From NCBI RefSeq assembly GCF_009914755.1, contig NC_060934.1: a stretch of DNA of 64,000 nt; one strand, 5' to 3'. The notes beneath the pieces are model-generated. The model had not been told where the DNA came from. It searched no databases and worked only from the letters and a program-made list of their open reading frames with translations. This DNA comes from the human T2T-CHM13v2.0 reference genome, Homo sapiens. Positions 15,710-31,577 of this stretch are shown here, piece after piece. Numbering within the stretch: the stretch's first letter is position 1; every line of letters begins with the position of its first letter. The translations under genes and the position numbers were made by a program.

Positions 15710-16130
15710 TAAACTAAAATGTTATTAACCAGTCAATAGAATGTATATCTTTTCTTTGCTCTTTTAGAATTCAAGCGCTCTTTTCCTCTACCTGAACTCT
15801 GACACATTCCAATTTTAATAATGAATAATTCGAAGAACTAGTAATTGTAATAATGTTCCCTGAGATGGGATAATTTTGGGTGACTCACATGACCCATTTA
15901 TAAATACATACCGCATAATATAACATCCATCTCTGTGGTTTTGCCCTTACAAGTACCAGGAAGCCACCAGCTTTCATCTGTTTTCTCATGGTGTCTCCAT
16001 TCTGCTTTAGAGCTTGCAGTTAAGAGAGGAGAAAGTTGAGAGAGAAATTTCATAATTTTAAAAGCTGCTACTTCCAGCCCTGTGCTTACAAGCTTCCTAT
16101 TCTAGCAACCAACCAAACAAAAAGCAGTTC

Positions 16131-16840
<710 letters not shown>

Positions 16841-17055
16841 AGAAGCAATTCTCAATTTAAGTCATTAAGACAATAAAGATGTATCCCAATTGTCAAGAAA
16901 TGACTTCTTAGAAATTTTATCCAGAATGTCATTGTGGGACACACTGGGAGTGTGGGGAAAGGACATTGTTATTGTGACCGTGGGCACCTTGATTTGGAAG
17001 TATACCCAGTAAGCCCAAAATGAGTTACATCCTCTAAGCACCTCTTCCAAACATG

Positions 17056-17128
17056 GAGTTTTAAAACAGGACTTGAGTTAAAACAGGACTTGAGTTTTAA
17101 AACAGGACTTGAGTTTTAAAACAGCACT
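17056..17128. repeat. 19-bp minisatellite, about 4 copies (gagttttaaaacaggactt)
   Basis: Copies start at 17056, 17075 (17-bp variant), 17092 and 17111. Confidence 0.95.
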
Positions 17129-20079
17129 AAGGTGCCTTGATGATCACTGAGGCTGTGATATAATAAAAAGGACTTGAGAAGAAATAGGATTTAAAAAAAA
17201 ATAAGAGTGGGAGGTCTGCAGAGGGTACTTCAAGGGTGGCCTGGTTTTAATATGCTCCCCCCTCTACCAGTTAATGACCCACATTAAGGTACCTTTTCCA
17301 CTACCTGCCTCTTCTCAGGCTCACCTTCTGATAGGAGAATGTGGCTATATGCCACTAGTGTAAGCTGTTCCCACAAACTCTTCTATTTGGTGAGATGGCA
17401 CAATTTTGGAGTTCTCGCCATTCTCAAATCAACAGAATTAAGTGAAGCCAAAGCCCACACATATATGGGTCTATTTATTTTCATTCAGTTACTGGCTTCA
17501 TTTTTTTATTACTATGTGTAAACAAGGTCTGGAAATAGAAGCACATATGCAGATTTATTTTTTAATCCCCCAATTCCTGTCTGCTGGCTGCTGCTCCTGA
17601 AATTGCTTGGCCCATGACAATGACTGCCTCTAAGCTCCCAGCCAGAAGAAAGAGATCAGAGAGTTTCCAATGGTTGGAGGGTGGAGAACTGTGGGGGGAG
17701 CCTCCTTTCTGAGTTAGGAAAACATCTCCTGGTCTTCCCATCTTTGGCACTGATGGATTGAGTGATTGTTCTTGGCAGAGCAGTGGTTTTTTTTGTTTTT
17801 TGCTTGGGGCTATCAGCAGTAAGCTGTTTGAGTCGCAGGCTGTGCACCATGCCATCTTGGCAATTCTGTATTTTCAGCATTTTAGTCAATGCAAAGAGTA
17901 AGAGAAATTGTAATTGAGGCTGCCTTTCTATAAATCATGCCACAGAGAGTGAGCACATCCAAATGATGGGTCCAATAGAAACTTGTGTTCCTCGCCTGGG
18001 GACAATGGTGGGGGGTGTTGCAAAATCAGTCCAAGGCGTCTCTGTGGTTGCTGAGCAATGCAGTGAGGAAGAAATGGAAAATAAATGCTAAGTTTCCTGG
18101 CAAATTATGAACTCTGGATAGGGATAGGATGGTGGGGAGACAAATAGTATGAAATTATCAAACCGTAAAATCCAGTTGGAAACAGGAGGGCAAGATCACA
18201 TGCAGAGTAGTTCCAATTCACTTACTCACGCAGGCAAGGAGATGGGAAGGCACTGGCCCAAGGAGAAGCCAGCTTCTCCTGTCCCAGCCGAATTATGTTT
18301 ATCTTTGTAATTTGATTTTGTCATGGAAACACTGTCAGTGTTCAGTGTTCTTTGTGCAATAATGTTCATGTCAAATAAGAAAGCAAAGTGATGGGAGGAG
18401 GCATCTGTAGCTATGTGTTCTTCACACTGTATTGTTTGTGATATTCAATAACACAAAAGTAAACTGTGAGTGAGAGTAAATTCCATGGACCCTACTGTGC
18501 TTTTGTGAGTGTCCTTACTGGTTTTCCTCAAAAGGTGGCACACTCTTTTTTTTGTTGTTGTTTGTTTTGTTCTCATGTCCATTAAAATAGCTGCCTTTGA
18601 CTTTTGTCTCTCACTGTTCTTTGAGGTGTCATGTTACCAACATTGGAGAGGTGTGGGGTCACTGTGCAGTCAGACAAGGATGTAGGCCCATCTGTCAGGG
18701 TTATTAGTTTTAGAAAAGGACTCCAGCATTGATTTCATGGGAACCCACAGCCCTGAAATAAGAAGAGAATGGGGCAGGAGAAATGGAGAAGAGGAGATCA
18801 GATCTTTGCCTAACCTGTGTCTTTACTGTTACATGTTTGAAGGCATATGAGTTTTGCATTTTTGTTTGCCAAGGGAGGCTCCAACAGCCCCAATCCCCAT
18901 TCCCCACTCATTACCCTGCAAATAGTCACTGGATTGGAGTTTCCACTTCAGGCATCATCCAAAATGGAGACAGCAAAGCAAGCCTCATTATTTTTTATAT
19001 ATAAATGTATGCATGTGCACCAACTACCTGCCTAAGAATTAAACAAAGGTGTTTTCTGGGTTTGAAGCTTTCAGACCGAACGTGTAACAAAACAGGCCTG
19101 TGTGCCTGGTAAGTAACATTTCTTAGCTATTGTAAGGTCAGGAACTTCTGCTTTGTTAAGTGCAATGATTTTACAGATTTTATACTTTCTTTATTTCCCT
19201 CTTGAATTTCTATAGTGAGTTCTTTTTGAAAATGCTGGCCTCTAGCTGCTGTACCGGGAGAACTAAGGAAAAGGATTTTGTCTCATTTTTCCATTTCATC
19301 TCTGCCGGTGCTGGGACCAGACAGAAGGGTAGAAACAAACTCAGAGGAAAAAGTACCCTTCCTTCAACAGAGATATTCCTCAAGAGAGCTGTTTTCCCCT
19401 TGCTCAAACCTTGGAGGAATTTGTGTTTTGTTGGTGGAGGCAATTCCCTTGCATAAGGGCTTTTAGCTCTGTTGGTGTCTCTCCCTGAGAGTGGCCCTTT
19501 ACACTTTAAAAGCAACAAGCACATCTGGAGGCAAGATCAGCTGGTAGAATGAATGAATATGGGGAGGAGAGCCAGGTCCTGATAGCTGTGGGCTGTCCTT
19601 TGAGCAACAAGTCATGTCTATGGCACTACATTTACGGTGGCTATGGGCTTGCCTGTTTAGGTTTCTCATAATCCTTTCTTCCCAAGGAGATTCTAGAAGC
19701 AATTTAATCATCAGCTGAACCACCTGAGCTGAAAATTTTTGACTGTGTGTTTGAGGCCAGCAAAATTATACTTTCTCGTGTCTTTCTTCAGATAAATTGG
19801 AGTTTCTGTACACTGGGATTTTTGAATCTCACTCCAGTGCTCTTTCTGTGCAGCCTCGAGCATTGCCTGGCATTTTCTAGCTTCGGAACTTGTATTGAGA
19901 GCTTTTTCTTTTAATAGTCGCCTGTTTGGTTGTTTCCCCAAATAGACTTCAGGTTCCTCCAGGGCGGTTGTGTTTTGTTTCTGCCTTATCCCCAGCCCTT
20001 AGCAGAGCACACACAATAGACAATTTATAAGTATTGGGTGAATATCCGATGCCTGTACTGCTTTATAATTATGTCTTCT

Positions 20080-20082
<3 letters not shown>

Positions 20083-20130
<48 letters not shown>
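20083..20130. repeat. (AC)24 microsatellite
   Basis: Pure dinucleotide tract read directly. Confidence 0.97.
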
Positions 20131-20132
<2 letters not shown>

Positions 20133-20224
20133 GAAGAACAAGTTAATGCATGCAAATCTTGACACCCTCACAACTCATTACTTTCCTAAATTTAAGTTAC
20201 AGTAAGTGACACCCCTTTCTGCGG

Positions 20225-20690
20225 GCTCAAAATCAGGAAGTCATCTTTGACTCTTTCTCTCAAACCCAACTTCAGTACAGCAGCAAATTGTCACTTCTGC
20301 CTTCAAAAAATATCCCGGATGCGATCAGTTCTCCTATCCTCCTCCACTAATTAGTCAATGGGGCCCACAGTCTCAGAGCTATCTGTGACTCCTCTTTTTT
20401 CCTCAGACCTCACAGTCATTCTGTTACACATCTTATTGGTGTTACCTCCAGAATATTTTGCAAATCCCTCCACATCCCTACCTCCATGCCTAACACACTA
20501 GTCCAAGCCACCAGCCCTCTCCCCTGGACAGCCACAGTCTTCTCTAGACTCGCCGCTCCACTCTGTGGGTTCCCCACTTTCTGCTCCACAGAGTTGCCCG
20601 TGATCTTTACAGGTCACTAAATCAGATTGTGGGCAGTCTTCTCTTTAAATGCATCAGTAGACTTCCCTGATGCATGAAAGGAAGCAAAAT
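20225..20690 (+). mobile_element. L2 relic (resumes at about 21250-21520 and 22380-22580)
   Basis: gtcatctttgactc, cagcaaattgtcacttctgccttcaaaa and ctagtccaagccacca; L2 terminus tgcctggctcatggaaggtgctc..gaatga near 22520-22580. Confidence 0.65.
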
Positions 20691-20696
20691 GGAATC

Positions 20697-21240
20697 ATCA
20701 TTCAACCAGCAATCCCATTATTAGGTAAGTACCCAAAGGAAAATAAATTGTTCTACCAAAAGGACACATGCACTTGTATGTTCATGACAGCACAATTCAC
20801 AATATCACAGACATGGAATCAACCTAGATGTCCATCAACTGTGGACTGGATAAAGAAAATGTGGTACGTATACACCATGGAATACGACACAGCTGTAAAA
20901 AAGAAGTTAATAATGTCCTTTGCAGCAACATGGAATGCAGCTGGAGACCATTATACTAAGTGAATTAAGGCAGAAATGCAAAACCAAATACCACGTGTTC
21001 TCACTTATAAATGGGAGCTAAACATTGGGTACACGTGGACACAAAGATGGGAACAATATATACTGCGGACTACAAGAGGTGGGTGGGGGAAGGGGACCAA
21101 GGGGTGAAAAACCACCTATTGGGTGCTATGCTCCCTGCTTGGGTGATGGCTTCAATTGTACCCCAAACCTCAGCATCACACAGTATACCCCTTTAAATCT
21201 GCATATGTACCTCCTGAATCTAAAAGAAAAGTTGAAATTA
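20697..21240 (+). mobile_element. L1 3' fragment (L1PB/L1MA-like): ORF2 end and 3' UTR
   Basis: ORF 20670-20963 translates to L1 ORF2 C-terminal motifs (PAIPLLG, KDTCT, WNQPRCPS, WIKKMWY). Confidence 0.93.
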
Positions 21241-21539
21241 AGCAAACAGAAACGCCAAGACCCTGTCCAGGTAAAACCTGCCTTTGACGTGATCTTGTCC
21301 CCAGCTTTCTCTCTAACCTAACCTCTGTTACTTCCCTCCTGCTCGCTGTGCTCCAGCCACACTGGCCCATACTGTTCCTCAAGACGCTGTGGGTCTGTAT
21401 CCTTCCCATCCTTCCATCCTAGGTGACTTCTTCAGATGTCCACATCACCTGCCCTTTCATTTCCTTCAGGTTTCTGCTCAAATGATAGCTCCTCAGAGAA
21501 GTCTCCTCTGGCTTGTTTAAAAACGATGCCACTGGACTG

Positions 21540-21649
21540 TATGAAAATTAGCTTGATTTAATTCTTCCACATTGTGTTCACGGATCATAATATCACGTTG
21601 TACCCCATAAACTTATGCAAGTACAAATTGTCAATGTACAATAAAAAAA
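21540..21649 (+). mobile_element. Short L1MA-type 3' terminal fragment
   Basis: aattagcttgattta, cacgttgtaccccataaa and tgtcaat..aataaaaaaa. Confidence 0.75.
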
Positions 21650-21730
21650 GTACCACTGACATGCTCTATCCACTTTCTCTGCTTTAATTTTCTTTGTAGC
21701 AGCTACTGCTTCATGACACTATATAATAAT

Positions 21731-22363
21731 GAGTGGATCCTCATTATTTGCAATTCCCTATTTATGACTTTGCCTACCTGCTGCAGTTTATTTGTAAGCC
21801 TAAAATCTATACTCACCATGTTTTTTTTCATGGTCATTCACAGACATGCAGAGAGTGGCAAAAAATGTGAGCCACATGATGGGCACATACTCAGCTGAGG
21901 TTCAACAAGCAACACTCTGCCTTCTGGCTCCAGCTCTGATGCTGTCCACAAGTGTCCTTTGATGGTCTATTTTGTGCCACATATTTTGCACTTTTGTGCT
22001 TTGTTTGGTAATCTCCTTGTTTAAAATGGCCCAGGACATGGTGCTGAAGGGCTTCCTAGTGCTCCTGAGCACAAGGAGACTGTGATGTCCCTTGTGGAGA
22101 AACACATGTGGTAGAGCAGCTTCCTTGCTGTTGGCCATGAGTTCAATGTTAATGAATCACTATATGTATTTAAAACGTTATCTTTAAACAGAAAACACCT
22201 AAAACAATGTCGCATATTGATTGCTTTTATAAAAATATTGTGACCAGAGACACGTAGATACTTAACCTTGTATTTCCCCTAGGAACTATAGTCAGTATTC
22301 ACTAAATCAGGTTTTGCAGTGGCTTTATAGATCATAACTACCACAAATAATGAGACTCAATTG
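21731..22363 (+). mobile_element. TcMar-Tigger non-autonomous DNA transposon, MER82-like
   Basis: TIRs agtggatcctcattatttg and caaataatgagactcaattg; internal ccatgagttcaatgttaatgaatca and tttaaaatggccc match the remembered consensus; about 630 bp. Confidence 0.8.
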
Positions 22364-22794
22364 TGTGTGTGTATTTGCTTACTTACGTATATATAAGTAG
22401 GTTTTCTTATTGCCCATTTCTCTCATTACCATGTAAACTCCATGGAGTCAGGGGTCAGTACCCTGTGTTTTCCCAGATTCTTATTCTCTGCTGTTTTCTC
22501 AGAATCTAGAACCATGCCTGGCTCATGGAAGGTGCTCACTCAATTACTGAATGATTAAATGGTTGAACAAATGAATGAAATGTAGTCAAGAATGTCTCAG
22601 GGAAAGAAACTCTGACAAAATAACAGTTTCCTGGGACTTTATTAGGCATCATGCTGATCTCCAGTCTTGCCATGTCTTTGCAAAGTAAGTATTATTAGCA
22701 GCTTCTCCACTACCTCCCCGTGAAATGGCCCACCCAAGATCACAGGACAGTCTGGCTCAGGCACTCCATATATCCACCTTGTGAATCTTGGTGG

Positions 22795-23030
22795 GTGTGG
22801 TGTTTGAGCACATGGGCCATGAAATCAAACAGCCTGGTTTGAATCCAACTTCAACCCTTAGTCTGTGTATTTGGAATTAATCCTCTCCAAAACTTTATTT
22901 TTTTGTACCATAAAATGAGGATAATCAAACGTCCTCCACAGGGTGGTCGTGGGGATTAACTGGGATGATGCAACCACTTAACCTAGCACCTGACACATAA
23001 TAAGTATTTCTTAGACATTAGTTCTTATTG
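22795..23030 (+). mobile_element. MIR
   Basis: cagcctggtttgaatcc, taaaatgaggataat, cagggtggtcgtggggattaa and gcacctgacacataataag. Confidence 0.8.
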
Positions 23031-23152
23031 TTATATGCTTTGGGCCCCTGGTGTTAGAGGTCAAAGAGATGCAAAACCAAGCCAGGAGGCACTCAGGATA
23101 AAGTTCCACTGTCAGCAGCCCTTAACAAGTTCTCAAGATCGGTACCTAAGAG

Positions 23153-23317
23153 CAGGGGTCAGCAAACTTTTTCTGTAAAGGACTGAATAAGTGAATATTT
23201 TAGGCTTTATTGGCCATCAGATCTCTGCCACAACAGCTCAACTCTAATGAAAGTGTGGCTATGTTCCAATCAAACTATCTTTACAAAAACGGGTGGGTCA
23301 TAGTTGGCCAACCTCTG
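23153..23317. mobile_element. hAT-Charlie MITE, MER58A-like
   Basis: TIRs caggggtcagcaaact and agttggccaacctctg; internal gtggctatgttccaatcaaact. Confidence 0.85.
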
Positions 23318-23325
23318 CTTTAGAT

Positions 23326-23497
23326 CAAGGCTACTCAACCCTGCCTCTGCATTAGAATCAGCTGGGGAACTTTAAAGCTACCTCTGGCCAGGTATTCTAT
23401 TCCCAGAGATTCTGATTTAATTTTTCTGGGGTGGGGCCTAGGTATCAATATGATTTACAAGTCACAGGTAACTCTAATGCAGAGTTGAGAACCACTG
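23326..23497. mobile_element. hAT-Charlie MITE, MER5-like
   Basis: gcattagaatcagctggggaact, cccagagattctgatttaatt..ggggtggggcct and gttgagaaccactg. Confidence 0.85.
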
Positions 23498-24119
23498 ATT
23501 TGGATCATTAAAGCCATGGGTAGAAGAGTCTCAAAGCAGATGCTGTCTTCCTGTCTCCACCCAAGTTTCTTTCTCACCCCATTTTAAAATCCAAGGACAA
23601 GCATTGTTTGAGGGCTTTGGGTAGGAATTGGCCAGTCTCAGTAAATCTTCTTTGCTTAATGCACAGACCATATCCCTTTTGTATCTAGAGGGAAACCTAA
23701 TTATCTGTCTAATAAATGAATTGTACTTTCAGGAAATACAGTCCAGCTGTTACTCTGCATTTTAGCTGAGGCTGTGCTTTTTGCTGTCTAATTGTCTTTC
23801 AGCATTGGCAGTTAGAATGGTTTTGAGTGGAAACAGTCTTCCAATCTCCTTTGTCAAAGCCGTGGCTTCTCTGATGGAGCTGGGAGTGGGCTCCCAGGAG
23901 TCAAAAGATCTCTGTCTTAAGGCCAAGGTACTCTTCTTTAATGAGTCCTAGAAGAAGCTTATGACATTCCCTTCTTTAAGAAGCTTCAAATACTCAGCTA
24001 GTTGTCATCCCCCATTTGATATAGGGGTAGAGGTTAGCTGAAGACAGGGGGATAAACTTAGTCATAAATATCCAAGCTTCCTCAAGAATTACCTGAACAG
24101 AGTTTCTCCCTTCTTCCCC

Positions 24120-24265
24120 ATTTGCATTAAAATCATCTGGGAGCTTGTTAAAACGCAGACATCTGGGTTCTATTCCTGACCCACTGAATTGGATTTTCTG
24201 GAGGGGATACTGGAATGTACATTTTTAACAAGGTATCTGGATAACTTTGAAATTTGAGAGCTGCT
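24120..24265. mobile_element. MER5A-like fragment
   Basis: aatcatctgggagcttgttaaaacgcaga, catttttaacaag and aaatttgagagctgct. Confidence 0.75.
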
Positions 24266-24381
24266 ATTCTGGGGTGAGCCCTTCACCCTACTTACATAAG
24301 ACTGAGATTGAGGAATTTAAAGTCTTCTTCAAAACAGCCCAGTTAGTTCATTGCTGAAGCTAGGAGTTGGGTCTGACTCTG

Positions 24382-25141
<760 letters not shown>

Positions 25142-25167
25142 TGTGGATCCTTTTTACAAAGGTCTTA

Positions 25168-25640
<473 letters not shown>

Positions 25641-26158
25641 TTAGGGAGCATCAGTAGTGAACATTCCCTTGGGTTCTATTTCTAGAATTATTGCTTTTGG
25701 ATGAAGAATCAAAAATTATATATCTAAAGGAACCTAAGAATTCATTGTTTTAAACCCTAGCAGATACTTTAATTTCCTGTTAATGTCCCCTTAATCAAAA
25801 TGTTCATCCATCTTCTGCTGAAACACATCACATTACTCCCTGGAGAACTTGCTGCCGTGTGAGGCAGCTCCTTCCAGCCTCAGGAAATTCTTACCAAGAG
25901 GATATTATTTCTTACATTAAGCAAACATTTGCTTCTGCCTAGATTTCACCTTTTGTTTCTGCTTCTGCCCTCCAATGCTACATGGAAGAATGTCTCATTG
26001 TCCTCCCAACCTTTGCCTGCACCTGAAAACAGTTATAAACATCTTTCCTTATTGTTCAGTCTTCTCTACCAGCTAATCCAAGTTTCTACAGTTTTTCCCT
26101 GGCGTATAGTTTTGAGCTTTCTCAACAATTCAGGTTGTTTCCTTGAAAATGTTTCTCA

Positions 26159-26467
<309 letters not shown>

Positions 26468-27547
26468 TCAGTGGCAGCCAAGGATTTTGGGATGAGCGTT
26501 GGTTTTAGAATCAGATACCCTGAAATTTACTTTGAGATTTTGAGCAAGTTCCTAAAACCCTTGGAACTTCAGTATCCTCCTTCAGGAAGTGTGGACGGAA
26601 ATCACCATCAGTATGTATTTTGTGTCAGTTAACCACTACAACATACATAGAAATGCCTGTCAGGGAAATCCTCCATATATATGAGTTTCTTTCCTTTTTT
26701 ACTCCTCTGAAAGAATAGCCTTTGAAGTACAAGTTTTCTTCCTATAATATTTTGAATTTGAATGAACTCAGATTTTCTGAGCGCTACTAATACTAAAATT
26801 ATGAGGATATTTAAATGTCCTTCTGGAATTATGTTTCAAATGGCATTTCATGTGGTAGGAATAGCAAGGTTTTCATTTCTTCCAAGTTGAACGTAGCTAT
26901 TATTATTTTGATACTTAGAGATAGTAATTTAAATTAAATAAATGACCTAAAACTAAGAGATTTAAGTTCTTCTCACTTCTTTTAGATTCAGGCCTTTGGG
27001 AAGGAAAAACAAATCTGAACCTGGAAAATAATTAAGGACAAATTGAACACAGTGAGGAGGCCAGGAAAGCAGGCAATAAAGTAGATATTAACAATAGGAT
27101 GTGATGTGAAACTAAAACCCTTAGAGAAAGAGAAAACATAGGTAGAGGGTGGGGTGGGAATGTGGGCCCATCATCTCATGGAGGAGTATCAGTTTTTGTT
27201 CAAAGGGTATGGCTTAATATGAGATATTTATGAATTGCAGCATATAAAATGAATAAAATCTGATTGCAGAGGAAAATGGTTGAGGGAATTGGACTGTGGA
27301 GACAAAAGAATGGACTTCAGTAAATACTGTGTAAATTGTAAGGTTGTCTTATGTGACTATTAGCTCAGAAAATACTCTTCAGTATAAAGAGGATAAAAGG
27401 AATTGTGGAAATGATTTGTAAATAAAGGTGCTAGATAAATTCAAGGTACACTGCCATTCATGCACAGCATACTCAAATGAGACATTAGTCCTGTGAGGTT
27501 ATATTAATTTGTTTTTCTTTCAACAGCAAGAAGGTAACATAAAAGAT

Positions 27548-27730
27548 AGTATGGTGTAGTAAAAAGAGCATTGAGTGAAGTCAGGACCTCTGGGTTCAAA
27601 TTCCAGCTCTACAGCTGACTAGCTGTGTGACCCTAGGCAAGTCTCTTAGGTTCTCTGAGTTTTAGAGTCTCCATGTGTGAAAAGAACTGTCCAGGTTATC
27701 TCTAAGGCCATGTTTATGATTCTCTGATCC
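27548..27730 (+). mobile_element. MIR/MIR3 relic
   Basis: agtatggtgtagtaaaaagagca and ctgggttcaaattccagctct..actagctgtgtgaccctaggcaagt. Confidence 0.8.
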
Positions 27731-28211
27731 TATGTTGTTAAGCAGCTCAGTGGCAGTTTCTATGGGGAGATTAAGATTTCAGATGGGATTCCTCTCATCT
27801 AGGAACTTCTATTCTACTTGAAGAGACAGCCTGGAGTTTTGATGCATAAGTGAATGAATGAGTAGGTTGATGTTTGGATGAGTTACATAGAGACAATTAG
27901 AGAGCTATAAGAGAAGCCTGTTATTAGAAGCTAGTTGGACACTGTCATTAAATATCAAAAAAGAGAGATGGTGTTTATAGGATACTGTTTCTTCCTCACC
28001 GACTTCCTATGGTTTTATAATTTTTCTGAACTAGTTCATAATTTTTGGTATTGTACTCTTACCTGTTTTGGCCAAGGATGGCTTCATGGAAAACAGAGAA
28101 TTAGAACTAATTTTGAGAGAAGGATAGAATTTTTACAAATTCGGAAAAGGAAGGAGGATTTTTTTCAGGTAGAAAGAATAGACCTTTAAAAGATCTGAAA
28201 AGGGATATTCA

Positions 28212-28700
28212 TGTGTTCATTCAGCAAATAGTCATTGAACATCTGCTCTTCCCATACCTGGCACAGTATTAAGCACTTGGGGTTATTAAGGAAGGAATTC
28301 CCACTATCTAGAAAGGAAGATATACATTGATCATGAAATTATACAAATACATGTTTTCATGCTTTGATGAATGTTGTGGAATAAGAGAACGGAGAGCCGT
28401 GAGAGCAGATGACAGTGGACCTGGTGCTGTCTGGGGTGGGAAGTGACCAAAGAGGACTTCCCTTAGGAAGTGTTATTTCCGATGACACCTGACATATGAG
28501 TAGGAGTTCAGTACACCAAATGGAAATAGGAAGAAGTCCAAGTGGAAGAAGGGTGTTCTAGATAGAGGGAGTAGCATGTGCAAAAGCCCTGAGACTAGAG
28601 AGTTCATGGCATGTTTGAGAAACTAAATGGGAACCAATGTGGCTGGAACTTGGAAGATAAGTCAGGGAGGGGAAAATACTGGAGGAAAAGGCAGGTGGGA
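28212..28700 (-). mobile_element. L2 3' relic
   Basis: ttcattcagcaaata..attgaacatctgct, agagggagtagcatgtgcaaaagccctgag and caatgtggctgga. Confidence 0.75.
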
Positions 28701-29641
28701 GATGAGCATGATGTCATCCATTTGACAGAGGGTAAACATCAGTGTTAGTATAAGCCAGTTTCTGCATGCTTGACTGAAGGAAATCACTCTATTTCATAGG
28801 GTAGGCACTGGGGTATATATATGGGGCAAGCCTCATCTATGATCTCAAATGGATTTTGAGGTGCATAAGCACGTCTTCCAGAGAGGAGGATACTGACTTG
28901 GGAAACAGAAGGTTTGATCATCCAAAGATACAAATGTCCTTTGAAATTGGAGGCAAAGTCAGAAGGATAAGCCTGAAGAATCATACAAAGCCATGGCAAA
29001 AATAAGGCTGCCATATTAACTGGCACAGTCTGCTAGAATTGCTTTCTTGGAAGTATGACACTGCCTAAGACTCCATGTTTCTTTCCCTCCCCCTTGTTCA
29101 TATAATTAAGGAGACTTAAGTGGAAACCCTGCCCATACAGTATCTCTTCATATTCAAGTCTAGGATTCTAATTGCCATAGGCACTAAGGAATGACCCTAG
29201 TCCCCTCTTGTAGTCACCCTGCACAAAACACACTTGAGACAATTAAATGAGTCAACCCAAGCATTAGCACCTGCTCCCTATCATGAGGATATCACTGCTC
29301 CCTAATCACATGTCAGCAATCTTGTTGTCACTGGCCCTATCCTCCTCAAACTGGGGCTCAAAAACATACCCCTGGGGGACAGTGGTAAAAAGGGAGTATG
29401 ATAGACACAGTGTTTTTCTGGAGGGTCTGCTTTAACTGAAGATTTATGAAGAAATGTATTCTGAGCATGGGTACAGTATAGAACAGATTACAAAATACCC
29501 ATGGAATTTTAAGGTGAGAATTATTAGAGAACTAAACATATTTGCACTTGTGTTTAAGATCAAGTCTCCAGATTCTCTGGGGGATGCTGTATTCGTTTGG
29601 CTTTTGGAGATGCTTTGATGGAAAACTTTGGGAAGCTGTGA

Positions 29642-30013
<372 letters not shown>

Positions 30014-30724
30014 ATCAAGTGCTTATAGTAATTTTTGTGAATTTGCTTGAAAAGTACTTTTTCATTTTTGGTGCTATAATATTGCCTCTTTCAGGCTTCA
30101 AGGGGAGATGTGTTGAAATTTGAAAACCAGGTGTGCATCTACCTACGTTGTTCTGCTTTTATAGCCTTTGCTGTCACAGCTCATTTTAAAGTCCTCATTT
30201 TGTCCTTAACATATACATTCTTATGGAGTTGTCTCTTTCCCTTCTACTTGAATCCTTTAGATGACCTTGTTTGGATCCTTTTCCACTTCTGCTCTTTTTC
30301 TCTTTAAGATGTGGCACTTAGACCAATGCACACTGATCCAGGGCCAAGTGAATGGTACTTTTGTAGGAAGATGAGATCATGTTTCTGTTAGGTTTCCAAA
30401 CTTTTTCCTAATGACCAGAATTTTAGCCACAATTTTTGGGGAAGGACATATCCTTCAGGCCAACTCTGGCTCATCCATCATGACTCAGCTTATGGACCTG
30501 CGCCCAACCCAGCAGAACTGATCACTCCTTCCTTTGAGTTCTCAGTGGTCTTCTACCTCCGTTGGCACGAGCCTCACTGTGCTGCACTTACCTGTTGATG
30601 TGTGTTTCTTCCCATCTAAGTTTTGAGTTTCTGGAGATCAGGGAACCTTGTGCTATTCACCTTTGTATCACCACACTTTGGCACTGAGCCTTGCACATGC
30701 TGGGTGCTTAATTAATATGAAACC

Positions 30725-30799
30725 AGCTGGGAGCAGTGGCTCACACCTGTAAACCCAGCACTTTGGGAGGCCAAGGCTGGTGGATCACCTGAGGTCAGG
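30725..30799 (+). mobile_element. Alu 5' fragment only (about 75 bp)
   Basis: agctgggagcagtggctcacacctgtaaacccagcactttgggaggccaagg..gatcacctgaggtcagg, then non-Alu sequence. Confidence 0.92.
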
Positions 30800-31577
30800 T
30801 GACAGCTGGAGATGGAAGCTCTTGTCTGGGTACCCAGAGCTTAGAAATGTTCCCACCAGTTATCAAGATCTGTTGAAGACTTTCTGAGGAAGGAACTGAA
30901 GACGCAGGTTGGAAAGGACTCCCTGCTGCTGTGAGACTCTGGTTTCTTTCCTGTCTATTACAAATGCCACCACAAACTAAGGGATTCTCCCTGCAGCTCC
31001 GTATAGCCCAGCCAAGCTTTCCTACTCTACACTTGTGCCTCCAGGGAAAGAGAGGCAGAGACCTCATTTCTAAGAGAACCAGCCTCATTTTATTTGAAAG
31101 ACAAAAGACCATCATGAACACAATACAGCAGAATGCTACCTAAACTCCACAAGTTTTGAGTAAAGAATCAGCACAGTTATACATTAAGTTTAACTTTCCT
31201 ATGAGGAAAGTTTATTTCAGCCCATCCTTTCACTTCTACCGGGGAGATACCTTGGCTTAAGAGAAACTGACCTGAACACTGAAAGATCCCATGAAGTCAC
31301 ATTTTGTTGCCTCTTCTGACTAAGTCTGGTCTACCCTCATATGATCATTATAAATTCACATTTCTTAGAAAGTATCCTGGGGGTGGAGGCATGATGAAAA
31401 TGCACAGTACAAAGAAATGTAGGCAAATGAGGGTTTAACTTCCAGCCACAGATGTAAAAATCTGGCCTCACAACTAAATGCCTAGGTGGTGACAGGGAAG
31501 CCACAGAGAAATGTAGCATCTCTGTCATTGCTGTCTCTCTCCAGACTGCCTAGTCCTGGCAGGGGGTGTGAGATGCC

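Noticed and set aside
17056-17128. CRISPR-like array (GTTTT...AAAAC repeats)
   Set aside because: The units are contiguous with no unique spacers, no cas genes are present, and the context is primate DNA; it is a minisatellite.
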